DNA of 53,775 nucleotides from a virus (Duplodnaviria; Caudoviricetes): IMG/VR virus record IMGVR_UViG_3300024975_000025, positions 1 to 53,775 of that record; one strand, 5' to 3'. Shown piece by piece: positions 45,901 to 53,775 of this stretch (position 1 is its first letter; each line of letters starts with the position of its first letter). The notes under the pieces were generated by a model. It saw only the letters and a program-made list of their open reading frames with translations, ran no database searches and was not told where the DNA came from. The position numbers and the translations under genes were made by a program.

Positions 45901-47881
45901 GTCGGCGGCGGCTGGCCCGCTGGGTCAGTCCCTTGACGAGGTCGAGGCGCGCCTGAACGGCTTCGTCTTGAACATCGGCAAGATCGACCTCAAGGACCTG
46001 ACCGGCGAGCAGATCAAAGAGAAGCTCACTGCCGTCCTTGGTGCCGCAGCCGACAACATCGCGACGGCGGCCATCCCTGGACTGCAGGCATTCCAGAAGG
46101 TGGGGGAAGGGTACTTCGAGACGCTGATCCGCGTGGCCTCTGGCGTTGAGTCCGCTACGGCCAGCCTGGAATCTCTGGGCATCGCCGCGATCGGGTTCGC
46201 CGACATCGGCCGCAAGCAGGGCGATGTGGCGACCGAGATCGTGCGGCAGTCCATCGCGCAGTTTGAGGCGATGGATGGGACGCTCTCCAGCGTCGGCAGC
46301 CTCATCAACTCCTTCAACGGCAGCGCTGACGATCTTGTCAGTGCCTACAAGTCGCTGGTTGACGTGCGCGACGTCCTCATCAGCGTCGGCAAGAGTGGCG
46401 ACAGCCTGACGGCCGCCATGATCCGTGGCGCTGGCGGGCTGGACCAGCTGCAAAGCTCGCTGTCAGGCTACTTCGAGAACTTCTTCAGCGAATCGGAGCG
46501 CGCCGCCGCTGGCAAGGCGCAGTTGCAAACCCAGTTCGACCGCCTGGGCCTTGGCGCGCTGCCCGAGACCCGCGAGGCCTTCCGGGCTCTGGCGCAAGGC
46601 ATCGACACCAGCACCGACGCCGGGCAAAAGCTGTACGCCCAGGTCATCGGCCTGGCTGGCGCCTTTGCCGACCTCGTGCCCGCGGTCGCGTCCGTCGCTG
46701 ATACCACGGCCGAGACGATGCGCCGCCTGGCGCAGAGCTACGCCGACTCGCGCTCGCAGCTCGAGATTGAGCTGATGCGAGCCAATGGCGACGAGGCGGG
46801 AGCCCGGGCCCGTGAGCGTGCAGTCCAGCTGGCGCGCGACACCGCGGGCCTGTCCGCCGACGATGCCGCAGCCGTCGCTGCGCTGTACGACTACAACCGG
46901 GCGCTGCGCGACCAGATCGACGCCGCTCGGGCCGCCGTAGAGGCTCAGAAGGCCATCGAGGCAGCGCAGAAATCGGCGGCTGAGGCAGCCCAACGCGCCG
47001 CGGAGGCGTTGCAACGCACGTTCGATGACCTTGGCAGCACTCGCTTCGACCTCGAGAACCAGATTCTCGGGTTGGGCGGGAACGCTGAAGAGGTGGCGCG
47101 CCGCACTCGCGAGCGCGACCTTGCCAAGCTCACGGAAGGACTGAGCGCCGACGACGCTGCTCGCGTGGCCGCGGCCTATGACTACAACATCGCGCTGCAA
47201 AAGCAGGTCGAAGAGATGACCAAGGCGCAGGATGCGGCAAAGGCGCTGGCGGACGAGCAGGCCAGGGCAGCCCAGGAAGCCGAGCGTGCAGCCGAGCAGT
47301 TCCGTCAGGCCTGGCAGTCGATCACCGACACGCTGTTCGAAGAGGTCACCCGCATCCGCGGCCTGCTGGGCGGCGGCGGCGCCGAGTCTCTGTCTCAAGC
47401 CCAGGCACGGTTTGCCATCACTACCGCCCAGGCGCGCTCCGGCGACCAGGAGGCCGCAAAGCTCTTGCCGGGACTCAGCCAGACGCTTCTGCAGCTTGCC
47501 GAGGCCAACGCGACCAGTCTGCTGGACCTGCAGCGCATCCGCGCGCAGATCGCCGCAAGCCTGGAGCAGACCGGCGGCCAACTGGCTGGCCGCTACGGGC
47601 TCACGCTGCCCAAGTTCGATGTCGGCACGAACTACGTTCCCAAGACCATGGCAGCCATCGTCCACGAAGGCGAGGCCATCGTGCCGCGCGCCTACAACCC
47701 GGCCGCGGTGGGCGGCTCGCTGTCCTCCGGCACTCAGGCGCTGACCGATGAGGTGCGCGGGCTGCGTGAGGACAACAGGGCTCAGGCCCTGGCCATCGTG
47801 AAGCTGCAGAGCGATCTAAACAAAGTGATCAAGCGTTGGGACTCAAACGGCATCCCTGAACAGAGGCCAGTCGAAGCATGA
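42983..47881 (+). CDS. Tape measure protein
   Basis: 1632 aa; RQLPAQ.QD...QQGSQI lambda-H-like region; FDVGTNYVP...HEGE C-terminus. Confidence 0.92.
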   Translation: MADEIAGVGIRIDTDDVSKGITSLEAFASQGPKVEKSLQGVETSASKTGKTLASLGGGGGSGAEAALNKVAKASAEASKGVEKIGVSAGQTAQALRQLPAQVQDFLIQLQGGQSFLTAFSQQGSQIATSFGGVGNAVRSVGALISPLAAGIASLAAAGGVLALAYNQGANEAQAFGRALILSGNAVGSTSAQLTEMARAQSLVIGTQGQAAEALAKLASTGQVAAASLQAAAEASVRFARVGGDIDDLVKKFSAIGKDPLKAVIAINEAENFLTESVYKQVKALTERGQILEAATVAQQAYAAAVNGRSQQLEQNLGAIERAWMNIKDAAKLAWDAMLDIGRQQTTANLDREIALLQRRQQILSTGNAAQKTEAVLIGERVAALQKQRAELAEIEREQRRYADRQAESARTVKASIQADEDKKKAIKSLADEFAAQRDAAKVWADSFLDFTKIQREAEASTLGLSKGQARLLEYLQSTGYSNASEEMRQLALNQAYGAIAAEKAAEAQKELSKAHDDYIKSLTQSADSVLKQVQALEDEADAAAIAATGELSLAQAIHQVAIARLLDQKNAAGDDDKAIAAIEREIEGRQRLISLIGGQEMRKAAEEASKELDRFLDPTHADSFGEALTRAFDGAGNALAKLSNSLQSYAQQQKRLSETQANIDVESNPAKKLRAQLKLNEESQRASLNLYAGMAGAAKGFFNEGTRGYKALEAAETAFRLVQLASDLQKGLSAAAVGIATQAQGEPYSAWARMAAMAAAMAGLGFAVTGGFGGGPTSGGDGGKQATGTGTVLGDAAAKSESISKSIDRLAETSKLQLTTQSGMLAALRNIENSISGVAGLIVRSNSGDLTSGNSFGISTGTKVSNLIANPSTGGGVFGGLGYVADKLLTGGKLTAALFGNKTSITGTGLSLPQQTLAQAMVNSQLQQYVDTYTSKKFLGITYSTSSGSQYQAADAQLAQQFTTIFKSFYDGVSAAAGPLGQSLDEVEARLNGFVLNIGKIDLKDLTGEQIKEKLTAVLGAAADNIATAAIPGLQAFQKVGEGYFETLIRVASGVESATASLESLGIAAIGFADIGRKQGDVATEIVRQSIAQFEAMDGTLSSVGSLINSFNGSADDLVSAYKSLVDVRDVLISVGKSGDSLTAAMIRGAGGLDQLQSSLSGYFENFFSESERAAAGKAQLQTQFDRLGLGALPETREAFRALAQGIDTSTDAGQKLYAQVIGLAGAFADLVPAVASVADTTAETMRRLAQSYADSRSQLEIELMRANGDEAGARARERAVQLARDTAGLSADDAAAVAALYDYNRALRDQIDAARAAVEAQKAIEAAQKSAAEAAQRAAEALQRTFDDLGSTRFDLENQILGLGGNAEEVARRTRERDLAKLTEGLSADDAARVAAAYDYNIALQKQVEEMTKAQDAAKALADEQARAAQEAERAAEQFRQAWQSITDTLFEEVTRIRGLLGGGGAESLSQAQARFAITTAQARSGDQEAAKLLPGLSQTLLQLAEANATSLLDLQRIRAQIAASLEQTGGQLAGRYGLTLPKFDVGTNYVPKTMAAIVHEGEAIVPRAYNPAAVGGSLSSGTQALTDEVRGLREDNRAQALAIVKLQSDLNKVIKRWDSNGIPEQRPVEA

Positions 47882-48777
47882 ACACTCCGTTGCGCATCGT
47901 TCAGAGCCTGCCGGTGAGCGACAGCGTGCTGCTGGGCTCAGACGTCTCCGAGAGCCTCTATCCAGCTTGGTCTGCTGGGGCGAACTACAACATGGGCGAC
48001 CGTGTCCACCTCGTCAGCACGCACAAGGACTACGAAAGCGTCGTGGCAGCGAACGTCGACAACAACCCCGCGACGGCTCTCCAGTGGTCAGAGGTTGGAC
48101 CTACGAATCGCTGGGCCATGTTCGACCGCAGCCCCACAACGCAGACAGCCAAGGCCGGTGGTTTCTGGTATCGCCTAGCACCTCCGGGCGCCTACAACGT
48201 GGTGGCGCTGATGGGTCTTACCGGTGCGCAGACGCTGCGCGTCCGCATCTCGCACGCCACGCATGGCAGCCTCTTCGACAAGACCATTGACCTCACCAGT
48301 CTGCCGATGCAGGCAGGCTGGTGGGAGTGGTTCTACGGCGAGCGTCGCGGCCCATCGCTTGCAGTGCTGGAAGTGCCCGGCATCTTGGGCAGCGAACTGC
48401 GAATTGACGTCACCGGCACCACTGCGCTCGCGGCCGGCCTGTTTCTCTTCGGGCAGTCGAAGAACGTCGGGCTAGGCGTGCTTCAAGGGGCGCGCCTGGG
48501 AATCCAGGACTTCAGTCGGAAGGAAACCAACGAGTGGGGCGACACGGTCCTAGTGCAGCGCGCATTCGCCAAGCGCGCCAGCTTCGACATCCCGGTACCG
48601 GCTGACCAGGTCGACGAAGTGATCAGCTATCTCGCCGGTATCCGAGCAACGCCTTGCCTGTTCATCGGGCCGCGCTACGAAAGCGCCGTGATCTACGGCT
48701 TCTATAAGGAATTCGACATGAACATTGCCTATGCAAGCGTCAGCGAGTGCTCGCTGGAAGTGGAGGGGATGGCATGA
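47878..48777 (+). CDS. Distal tail/tip protein
   Basis: Follows TMP; GPTNRWAMFD, I.DFSRKE..EWG. Confidence 0.65.
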   Translation: MNTPLRIVQSLPVSDSVLLGSDVSESLYPAWSAGANYNMGDRVHLVSTHKDYESVVAANVDNNPATALQWSEVGPTNRWAMFDRSPTTQTAKAGGFWYRLAPPGAYNVVALMGLTGAQTLRVRISHATHGSLFDKTIDLTSLPMQAGWWEWFYGERRGPSLAVLEVPGILGSELRIDVTGTTALAAGLFLFGQSKNVGLGVLQGARLGIQDFSRKETNEWGDTVLVQRAFAKRASFDIPVPADQVDEVISYLAGIRATPCLFIGPRYESAVIYGFYKEFDMNIAYASVSECSLEVEGMA

Positions 48778-49460
48778 CGACCATCTCGACATTGCCTCCG
48801 GCTCCGCAGCCAACCGACGACGTCCCGACGTTCAACTCCAAGGCGTTCGCCCTGCTGGCGGCGCTGGCGCAGTTTGTCTCGGAGACCAATGCGGTAGCTG
48901 GTGAGACGAACACCGCCGCGGGCACAGCGACAACCGGGGCAGGCACAGCGACGACGAAGGCAGCAGCGGCTGCCGCGTCTGAGGCCGCATCGCTGGCGAA
49001 TGCACAAGCTGCGGCTGCAAGCTCAGGAGCGATTGCCTGGGTGAGCGGCACCACCTATGCGGTGGGCGACGTGCGCTGGAGTCCGGCCGACGGGCGGGTG
49101 TACAGGCGCCGCACCGCAGGCGCCGGCACGACGGATCCGAGTGCAGACCCTACGAACTGGGCCGCGCTGTCTGGGAATGGCCTGCAGCTCGCCACTGTCT
49201 CTGGCACGTCGGCCACGGTCGCCGCCAACACCGACACCAGATTCAGCAACGCGGCCGCATGCGCCGCCACGGTGCCGGCACTGGCGGTCGGCGAGAGCGT
49301 CGTCATCCGTTTCGACAACGGGCGCTTCGACAACACCGTCGACATCGGCGCTCGCTCGATGGTCGGCCCCAACGGCGTCATCTGCAGCGGCGTGATCACC
49401 CTCAACACCATCCCCATGCTCGCGCTTCGCTGGTGGGGTGACTACTACAGGAGCAACTAG
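48774..49460 (+). CDS. Short tail fibre-like protein
   Basis: Ala/Thr-rich stalk; WVSGTTYAVGD...TTDPSADPTNW CBM-like motif. Confidence 0.6.
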   Translation: MTTISTLPPAPQPTDDVPTFNSKAFALLAALAQFVSETNAVAGETNTAAGTATTGAGTATTKAAAAAASEAASLANAQAAAASSGAIAWVSGTTYAVGDVRWSPADGRVYRRRTAGAGTTDPSADPTNWAALSGNGLQLATVSGTSATVAANTDTRFSNAAACAATVPALAVGESVVIRFDNGRFDNTVDIGARSMVGPNGVICSGVITLNTIPMLALRWWGDYYRSN

Positions 49461-49462
49461 CC

Positions 49463-49954
49463 ATGGCTGGCACGCAATCTCAGATGGGCTTCGGTGCAGG
49501 TGCGACGCCTAAGAAGGTCACCATCTACACGAGCGGTACCGGAACGTTCACACCGGACCCGTCGTCGACATGGAGGCGCGAGCGCCTGGGCGGTGGCGGA
49601 GGCGGTGGTGGTGGTGGGAACACTGGCACCAGTGGCGGCGCCGGTCAGCCTGGCGGCGTGTCTGACATGTGGGTCAAGAATGACGGGGTAGCAAAGACCT
49701 ATGCCGTTGGTGCCGCAGGAGCCGCGGGAGCAAGCTCAAGCGCAGGCGGTGATGGCGGGGCAACGACCCTTGGAGGAAGCTCTGCTCCTGGTGGTCTTGG
49801 TGGCGCGGCTGGTCCTGCGTCTGGCAGCTACATCGCGCCGCCGCGTGGCGCACAAGCACCTTTCCAGACCTACGGCCGCGCAGGTGATGGCGGCGTTTCC
49901 ACCGGCCCAGGCACCGCAGGGACTGGTGGCGTGATCGTGATCGAGGAATACTGA
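49463..49954 (+). CDS. Glycine-rich tail-associated protein
   Basis: YTSGTGTFT...GGGGGGG...GVIVIEEY. Confidence 0.7.
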   Translation: MAGTQSQMGFGAGATPKKVTIYTSGTGTFTPDPSSTWRRERLGGGGGGGGGGNTGTSGGAGQPGGVSDMWVKNDGVAKTYAVGAAGAAGASSSAGGDGGATTLGGSSAPGGLGGAAGPASGSYIAPPRGAQAPFQTYGRAGDGGVSTGPGTAGTGGVIVIEEY

Positions 49955-49955
49955 C

Positions 49956-50351
49956 ATGCGCTGGGCACTCATCGAATCAGGCCGCGTGGCCAATGTGGTC
50001 GAGCAGGACGACCAGCCGCAGATTGAAGGCCTGTGGGTGGCTTGCGGTAACGCTGGCCCGGGCTGGCTCTGGGACGGCGGCGAGTTCTCCGACCCGGCGC
50101 CTTCCGTAGCGGCGTCGCGCCACCTCAGCGTGGGCAGCTTCTTCGACCGCTTCGGACCGGCCAAGTGGGCCATCCTGGCCGACACCTCTGCCAGCGTGCA
50201 GGCCGTCGTGAGGGACGCCAGCGTGCGCCGCTACATCGACCTGGACAACCCGCAATTGCCTTCCGGTCTGGCTGTCATCGTGGCGGCTGGCCATGCCATC
50301 GACGCCGACGAGATCCTCACCGCCCCTGTGCGTGACGAGGAGCGGCCGTGA
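49956..50351 (+). CDS. Tail fibre assembly-like protein
   Basis: WALIESGRV.NV...GWLWDGGEF. Confidence 0.6.
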   Translation: MRWALIESGRVANVVEQDDQPQIEGLWVACGNAGPGWLWDGGEFSDPAPSVAASRHLSVGSFFDRFGPAKWAILADTSASVQAVVRDASVRRYIDLDNPQLPSGLAVIVAAGHAIDADEILTAPVRDEERP

Positions 50352-50611
50352 GCCTGCAGCAGATAGCCGTCGCCGTCGACCAGCTGGGCAACGCGCTGCT
50401 CGGCGGATGGGCCGACGAGACCATCAGCGCCAGGGCCTGGCGCCAGCGCCACAAGCGTCGTTGGCTGGTGGTCATGCGCGTGGTCGACAGCATCGCGCGC
50501 CTCTTTGGACAGCGTGACCACTGCCGCAAGGCGCACGAGTCCGAGCTCCTTCGAATGCAGTCGCCGCCGCAATCCAGGCCGGCCGACACCGGATCCAAGC
50601 AGCCCGCCTAG
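50348..50611 (+). CDS. Phage hypothetical protein (DQLGNALLGG.DETISARAW type)
   Basis: Characteristic motif; coupled. Confidence 0.7.
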   Translation: MSLQQIAVAVDQLGNALLGGWADETISARAWRQRHKRRWLVVMRVVDSIARLFGQRDHCRKAHESELLRMQSPPQSRPADTGSKQPA

Positions 50612-50626
50612 AGCGGGCTTCTTTTT
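50601..50626 (+). terminator. Terminator before the lysis cassette
   Basis: AGCCCGC-CTAGA-GCGGGCTTCTTTTT. Confidence 0.65.
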
Positions 50627-50655
50627 GCCCGCAACGAACCCCGAAAGAGATCCCG

Positions 50656-50883
50656 ATGGCAAATGCAGAGACCGCCGCAGACGCCGCCGCAAGTGCCAGC
50701 CTCAAGGCAACCGTGGCCGGGGCTGGCATCTTGAGCCTTGGAGGCCTGACGGCCAATGACATCGCCATCTACGGTGGCCTGCTCATGGGCGCGGCCGGCT
50801 TCGCACTCCAGTGGTACTACCAGCGCCGCCGCGATCGTCGGGAGCTGGCAGAGCATCAGGCGCGGATGGCCCTCTATGAGTAG
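50656..50883 (+). CDS. Holin
   Basis: Two TMs and basic tail WYYQRRRDRRE; precedes the endolysin. Confidence 0.8.
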   Translation: MANAETAADAAASASLKATVAGAGILSLGGLTANDIAIYGGLLMGAAGFALQWYYQRRRDRRELAEHQARMALYE

Positions 50884-51403
50884 GCAGCGCATCGCAGCGG
50901 CGCTGTTGACGCTCAGCGCTGCCGGGTTCGCCACCTGGCAGGCCAGCGAGGGCTTCACGGCTGCTCCCGTCATCCCGACCAAGGGCGATGTGCCGACCAT
51001 CGGTCACGGTAGCACCCGCTACGAGGACGGCACGCGCGTGACGATGGCGGACCCTCCCATCACTCGCAAGCGTGCAGCAGAGCTGGCCCGCAACCTGCAG
51101 CGTGAAGACGAGAAGCGCTTCGCGGCCACGGTGCCGGGCGTCACTTTGACGCAGGGCGAGTACGACCTCTACATCAACTGGGTGGGCCAGTTTGGGATCG
51201 GGAACTGGCAGAAGCCGCAGTCCCCGCGAACATGGTTGCTGCGCGGGGACTACCTCGGCGCATGTCAGGCCCTGCTGACGTGGAGATTCCAGGCCGGCCG
51301 CGACTGCTCGCTGCCGGAGAACTGGGGGCTGCAAGGCTGCCGCGGCGTCTGGACCCGACAACAGGACCGCCATGCGAAGTGCATGGCTGAGCAGACGCCA
51401 TGA
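50876..51403 (+). CDS. SAR endolysin, GH24 lysozyme
   Basis: N-terminal weakly hydrophobic helix; EG...GDVPTIGHGST. Confidence 0.88.
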   Translation: MSRQRIAAALLTLSAAGFATWQASEGFTAAPVIPTKGDVPTIGHGSTRYEDGTRVTMADPPITRKRAAELARNLQREDEKRFAATVPGVTLTQGEYDLYINWVGQFGIGNWQKPQSPRTWLLRGDYLGACQALLTWRFQAGRDCSLPENWGLQGCRGVWTRQQDRHAKCMAEQTP

Positions 51404-51879
51404 CCAAAGCCCTTGCCATCACCATCATCCTGTTGTTGGCCGCTCTAGGCTACCAGTGGGGCAGGGGAGAGCACGCCCGCGCAGAGCTGGCCACCGTGCG
51501 CGCCGACATCGATCGCCAGATCCGCGAGGCCGAGTCCGCGGCCCGCGCTACCGAGACCCGCCGCATCCAGCGGCTGAAGGAGGCCCAAGATGCCGAGTTC
51601 ATCGCCCGTCAAGACGCGCAGCGCGATGCTGCTGCTGCCCGCGCTGCTGCTGAGCGCCTGCGCCAGCAAGCCCTGCGCGTCGCCGCCACCAGTTGCGCCG
51701 CCAGCGATTCCGTCATTGCCGTTGGCGGCCCGCCAGCCCAAGACGGACCAAATCTGCTTGCCGACGTGCTCGGCAGCCTTGCAGAGCGCGCTGACAGGCT
51801 GGCAGAGCAGGCTGATGCCGCCCGCATTGCCGGCCGACTCTGCGAGCGGGCCTACGACTCCCTGAAGGAGCTGCCATGA
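51400..51879 (+). CDS. i-spanin (Rz-like)
   Basis: N-terminal TM, coiled coil, AGRLCERAYDSL. Confidence 0.82.
   Translation: MTKALAITIILLLAALGYQWGRGEHARAELATVRADIDRQIREAESAARATETRRIQRLKEAQDAEFIARQDAQRDAAAARAAAERLRQQALRVAATSCAASDSVIAVGGPPAQDGPNLLADVLGSLAERADRLAEQADAARIAGRLCERAYDSLKELP
51590..51865 (+). CDS. o-spanin (Rz1-like), nested in the +1 frame
   Basis: AAGGAGG RBS; lipobox LSAC; Pro-rich. Confidence 0.82.
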   Translation: MPSSSPVKTRSAMLLLPALLLSACASKPCASPPPVAPPAIPSLPLAARQPKTDQICLPTCSAALQSALTGWQSRLMPPALPADSASGPTTP

Positions 51880-52061
51880 GGATGCCGAAGTACGAGTGGT
51901 ACCAGGACGCCGCCGGCGAGTACCGCTGGCGCCTGAAGGCCGCGAACGGTGAGGTCGTGGCCAGCGGCGAGGGCTACAAGACCAAGGGCGGCGCACTGCG
52001 CGGCATCGACGCCCACCGCCGGGCCGCGGTCACGACCCGAGTCGTGCAGGCCAAGGTCTGA
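51876..52061 (+). CDS. YegP/DUF1508 family protein
   Basis: YRWRLKAANGEVVASGEGY. Confidence 0.85.
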   Translation: MRMPKYEWYQDAAGEYRWRLKAANGEVVASGEGYKTKGGALRGIDAHRRAAVTTRVVQAKV

Positions 52062-52065
52062 AGCC

Positions 52066-52386
52066 ATGAGCTGGCACGCGCAGCCGACCTCGGCGACGCT
52101 GCGCTACTACGCCGACAACGCCGACGCTCAGCAGGCCTATGACAGCCGCGTGGAGCCCGTGGCGCTGGCCCAGGCCGAGCTGCTGGGCGGCCGGCTGGCC
52201 TACCTGCACGCGGCCTCGCGCCCGGGCGGCGGAGAGGTGACCAGGAGCCAGTGGCGCGGCCTGATCCAGCTGCTGCACGCCCAGCACGGCGTGCTGTATG
52301 CGCTGGTCGAACGCGACGCCGGCTATTACTGGATCTGCACTCGAACCGGGCGCCAGGTGCAGCTTGACCTACCCGGGCTGGCCTGA
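52066..52386 (+). CDS. Hypothetical protein
   Basis: 106 aa, GC3-rich codons. Confidence 0.55.
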   Translation: MSWHAQPTSATLRYYADNADAQQAYDSRVEPVALAQAELLGGRLAYLHAASRPGGGEVTRSQWRGLIQLLHAQHGVLYALVERDAGYYWICTRTGRQVQLDLPGLA

Positions 52387-52497
52387 TGTGCCCGCTGTGC
52401 CGAGGGCCCCACCGGCTCAGCCAGTGCCCGAGGTGGATTTGTTCCGGCCTTGATTCCAGAGCCGCGGCAACGAGGACGGGCAGCAGGGCTCTCATGG

Positions 52498-52728
52498 CTA
52501 TCCATTCCCTCCGCGCCAGTCGTGTCCGGTCAGGTGCTTGTTCGTCGGCGCCAGGGAATAGTTCTCGTCCAGCGTCTCTGGGCAGTCGCGCAGCTCGCAG
52601 CTGCCCTCAACTCGTGTCGCCGTGGGGTCGCGCTGCAGGGCGTCCGCCTCGCGGTACCGGCAAGGGCTCTTGCGCCGCCGGCCCCACTGGTCGGTCATCA
52701 GCCAGAACCAGAACTCAGTCGATTTCAT
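52498..52728 (-). CDS. Hypothetical protein next to attR
   Basis: 76 aa; CAGACT 6 nt before ATG. Confidence 0.55.
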   Translation of the reverse strand: MKSTEFWFWLMTDQWGRRRKSPCRYREADALQRDPTATRVEGSCELRDCPETLDENYSLAPTNKHLTGHDWRGGNG

Positions 52729-52875
52729 GGCGCCAGTCTGCGCCTGACGGTGGCTCAGCAGGTGAGCGTTGAGCGGGAAAATCTCCCCGCTAAGCCGCAT
52801 GGGCGCGTGGCCATTTTATGCCTCCGGTTTCCCATCACCTCGTCTGCAAGCCGCGCCAGTGCTCGCGCGAGGGCT

Positions 52876-52924
52876 CGGACTCTTAATCCGTAGGTCGAGT
52901 GTTCGAGTCACTCAGGGCCCACCA
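52876..52924 (+). tRNA. 3' fragment of tRNA-Lys(CTT), attR core
   Basis: CGGA-CTCTTAA-TCCG anticodon arm, GAGTG-TTCGAGT-CACTC T arm, GGGCCCACCA end; no D arm or 5' acceptor strand. Confidence 0.88.
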
Positions 52925-52942
52925 AAATTAAGTATGCAGATC

Positions 52943-52975
52943 AAGCACTTGGCGTCTCGGCGCCAGGTGCTTTTT
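52943..52975. terminator. Terminator after the tRNA fragment, possibly bidirectional
   Basis: AAGCACTTGGCG...CGCCAGGTGCTTTTT. Confidence 0.75.
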
Positions 52976-52986
52976 GCTATCTGCCT

Positions 52987-53775
52987 TCAGAGCCCCAGCA
53001 GTGCTTTCGCTCGCGCGAGATGCTCCAGGCGATCATCCAGCCCGTTGTAGCCCCCGTTGATGCGTTTGGTGACGGCGCGGGCATCGTCGGCCTCGGCCAG
53101 CGGGCCGATCTTGCGTGATTGCCAGAACCAGCAGGCGACGTCGACGCAGGCGAACGCATCCAGTGCCAGCCGGGTGGGATCGCTCACGTAGTCGATGCCC
53201 GTGAACTGGCTGTAGTCCCGGTAGTTGTTGCGACCGGTCAACTGGATCAGGCCTCTGCCCTTGAAGCGCGGCCCATCGCCGGGTTCGCTGTTGCCGAGGT
53301 CGGTACGGCCGTTGTAGGCGTTGCCGTCCGCCAGTTCCTCCGCGTACAGCAGCGAGCCCGATTCATGGGCAAGCTGGGCGATGAAGTGGGCGATCTGCAG
53401 CGGACTGTCGATGCCGTAGCGGGTCATGCCCTTGACCAGCGGCTCGTAGTACAGGTCGATGCGCCTGGGCATCGCACGCGGCATCACGATGCCCAGCTTC
53501 TCCTTCGTCGGGCCGGGCGGCAGCCCCGCCAGCAGCCGCGCCATCGTGGCGTCGCCCGGTGTCACCAGGCCGTCCGACTCGGGCAGGCCCATGGAACGGG
53601 TCTCGAAGGCGCGGATCGCGTCGATGGTGTTGGGGCCGATCTGCCCGTCGACACCCAAAGGCATGGGGGTGCTCCCGCTCCAGGCTGCGGCGTTGAGGTT
53701 GAGCAGGACCTGGACGATGCGGACATCCGCGACATCGTTGCGGGCGCCCAGCCCGACGCTTTTGGCGATGCACAT
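52987..53775 (-). CDS. Peptidoglycan-binding domain plus GH19 hydrolase, probably a host gene
   Basis: VDGQIGPNT..AI; AQLAHESG...AEE, FKGRGLIQLTGRNNY, INGGYNG; lies outside attR. Confidence 0.88.
   Translation of the reverse strand: MCIAKSVGLGARNDVADVRIVQVLLNLNAAAWSGSTPMPLGVDGQIGPNTIDAIRAFETRSMGLPESDGLVTPGDATMARLLAGLPPGPTKEKLGIVMPRAMPRRIDLYYEPLVKGMTRYGIDSPLQIAHFIAQLAHESGSLLYAEELADGNAYNGRTDLGNSEPGDGPRFKGRGLIQLTGRNNYRDYSQFTGIDYVSDPTRLALDAFACVDVACWFWQSRKIGPLAEADDARAVTKRINGGYNGLDDRLEHLARAKALLGL

Larger units (their letters stand above)
1..52924. mobile_element. Lambdoid siphovirus prophage integrated at tRNA-Lys(CTT); attL expected just left of the window
   Basis: Ordered int, early, immunity, replication, terminase, portal, capsid, tail and lysis modules, ending at a tRNA 3' fragment. 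Confidence 0.95.

Noticed and set aside
35822-50351. Diversity-generating retroelement or invertible tail-fibre cassette
   Set aside because: No reverse transcriptase, TR/VR pair or flanking inverted repeats seen; the Ig repeats are ordinary diverged duplicates
52735-52781. Fourth lux box upstream of the CAGACT-preceded ORF near attR
   Set aside because: The sequence at the equivalent spacing has no CT-N12-AG dyad
52850-52924. Functional tRNA gene
   Set aside because: No D arm or properly placed 5' acceptor strand
52987-53775. Second phage endolysin
   Set aside because: Lies beyond attR and the tRNA terminator; the prophage already has a complete lysis cassette

Overview
The window is a nearly complete, GC-rich lambdoid siphovirus prophage (about 1-52924), probably from a Burkholderiales-type betaproteobacterium (inference). 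It is integrated at a tRNA-Lys(CTT): the tRNA 3' half at 52876-52924 marks attR, and a probable host GH19 gene follows. Gene order: integrase, xis-like gene, second tyrosine recombinase; leftward early arm (compact C5 methyltransferase, YqaJ exonuclease, HNH-AP2, an acyl-carrier-protein homologue with Ser->Glu at the attachment site); an accessory island between the oL and oR operators; cI without a peptidase domain, cro, cII-like; replication (initiator, DnaB); nin/Q; head, tail and lysis genes. The best candidate for a new system lies in the immunity island. It has a LuxR solo with an altered ligand pocket, a divergent RsaM-like gene and three 20-bp lux/las-type boxes. Two boxes are 16/20 identical and each lies 21 nt before a similar -10 hexamer; they face rsaM and an unannotated 20-aa peptide gene (MTPIVDIILALLGIPNTGQG) that has its own RBS and terminator. 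The third box precedes a 68-aa ORF directly downstream of cI, a candidate antirepressor. No LuxI was seen. All family calls come from motif recognition by eye, not database searches.
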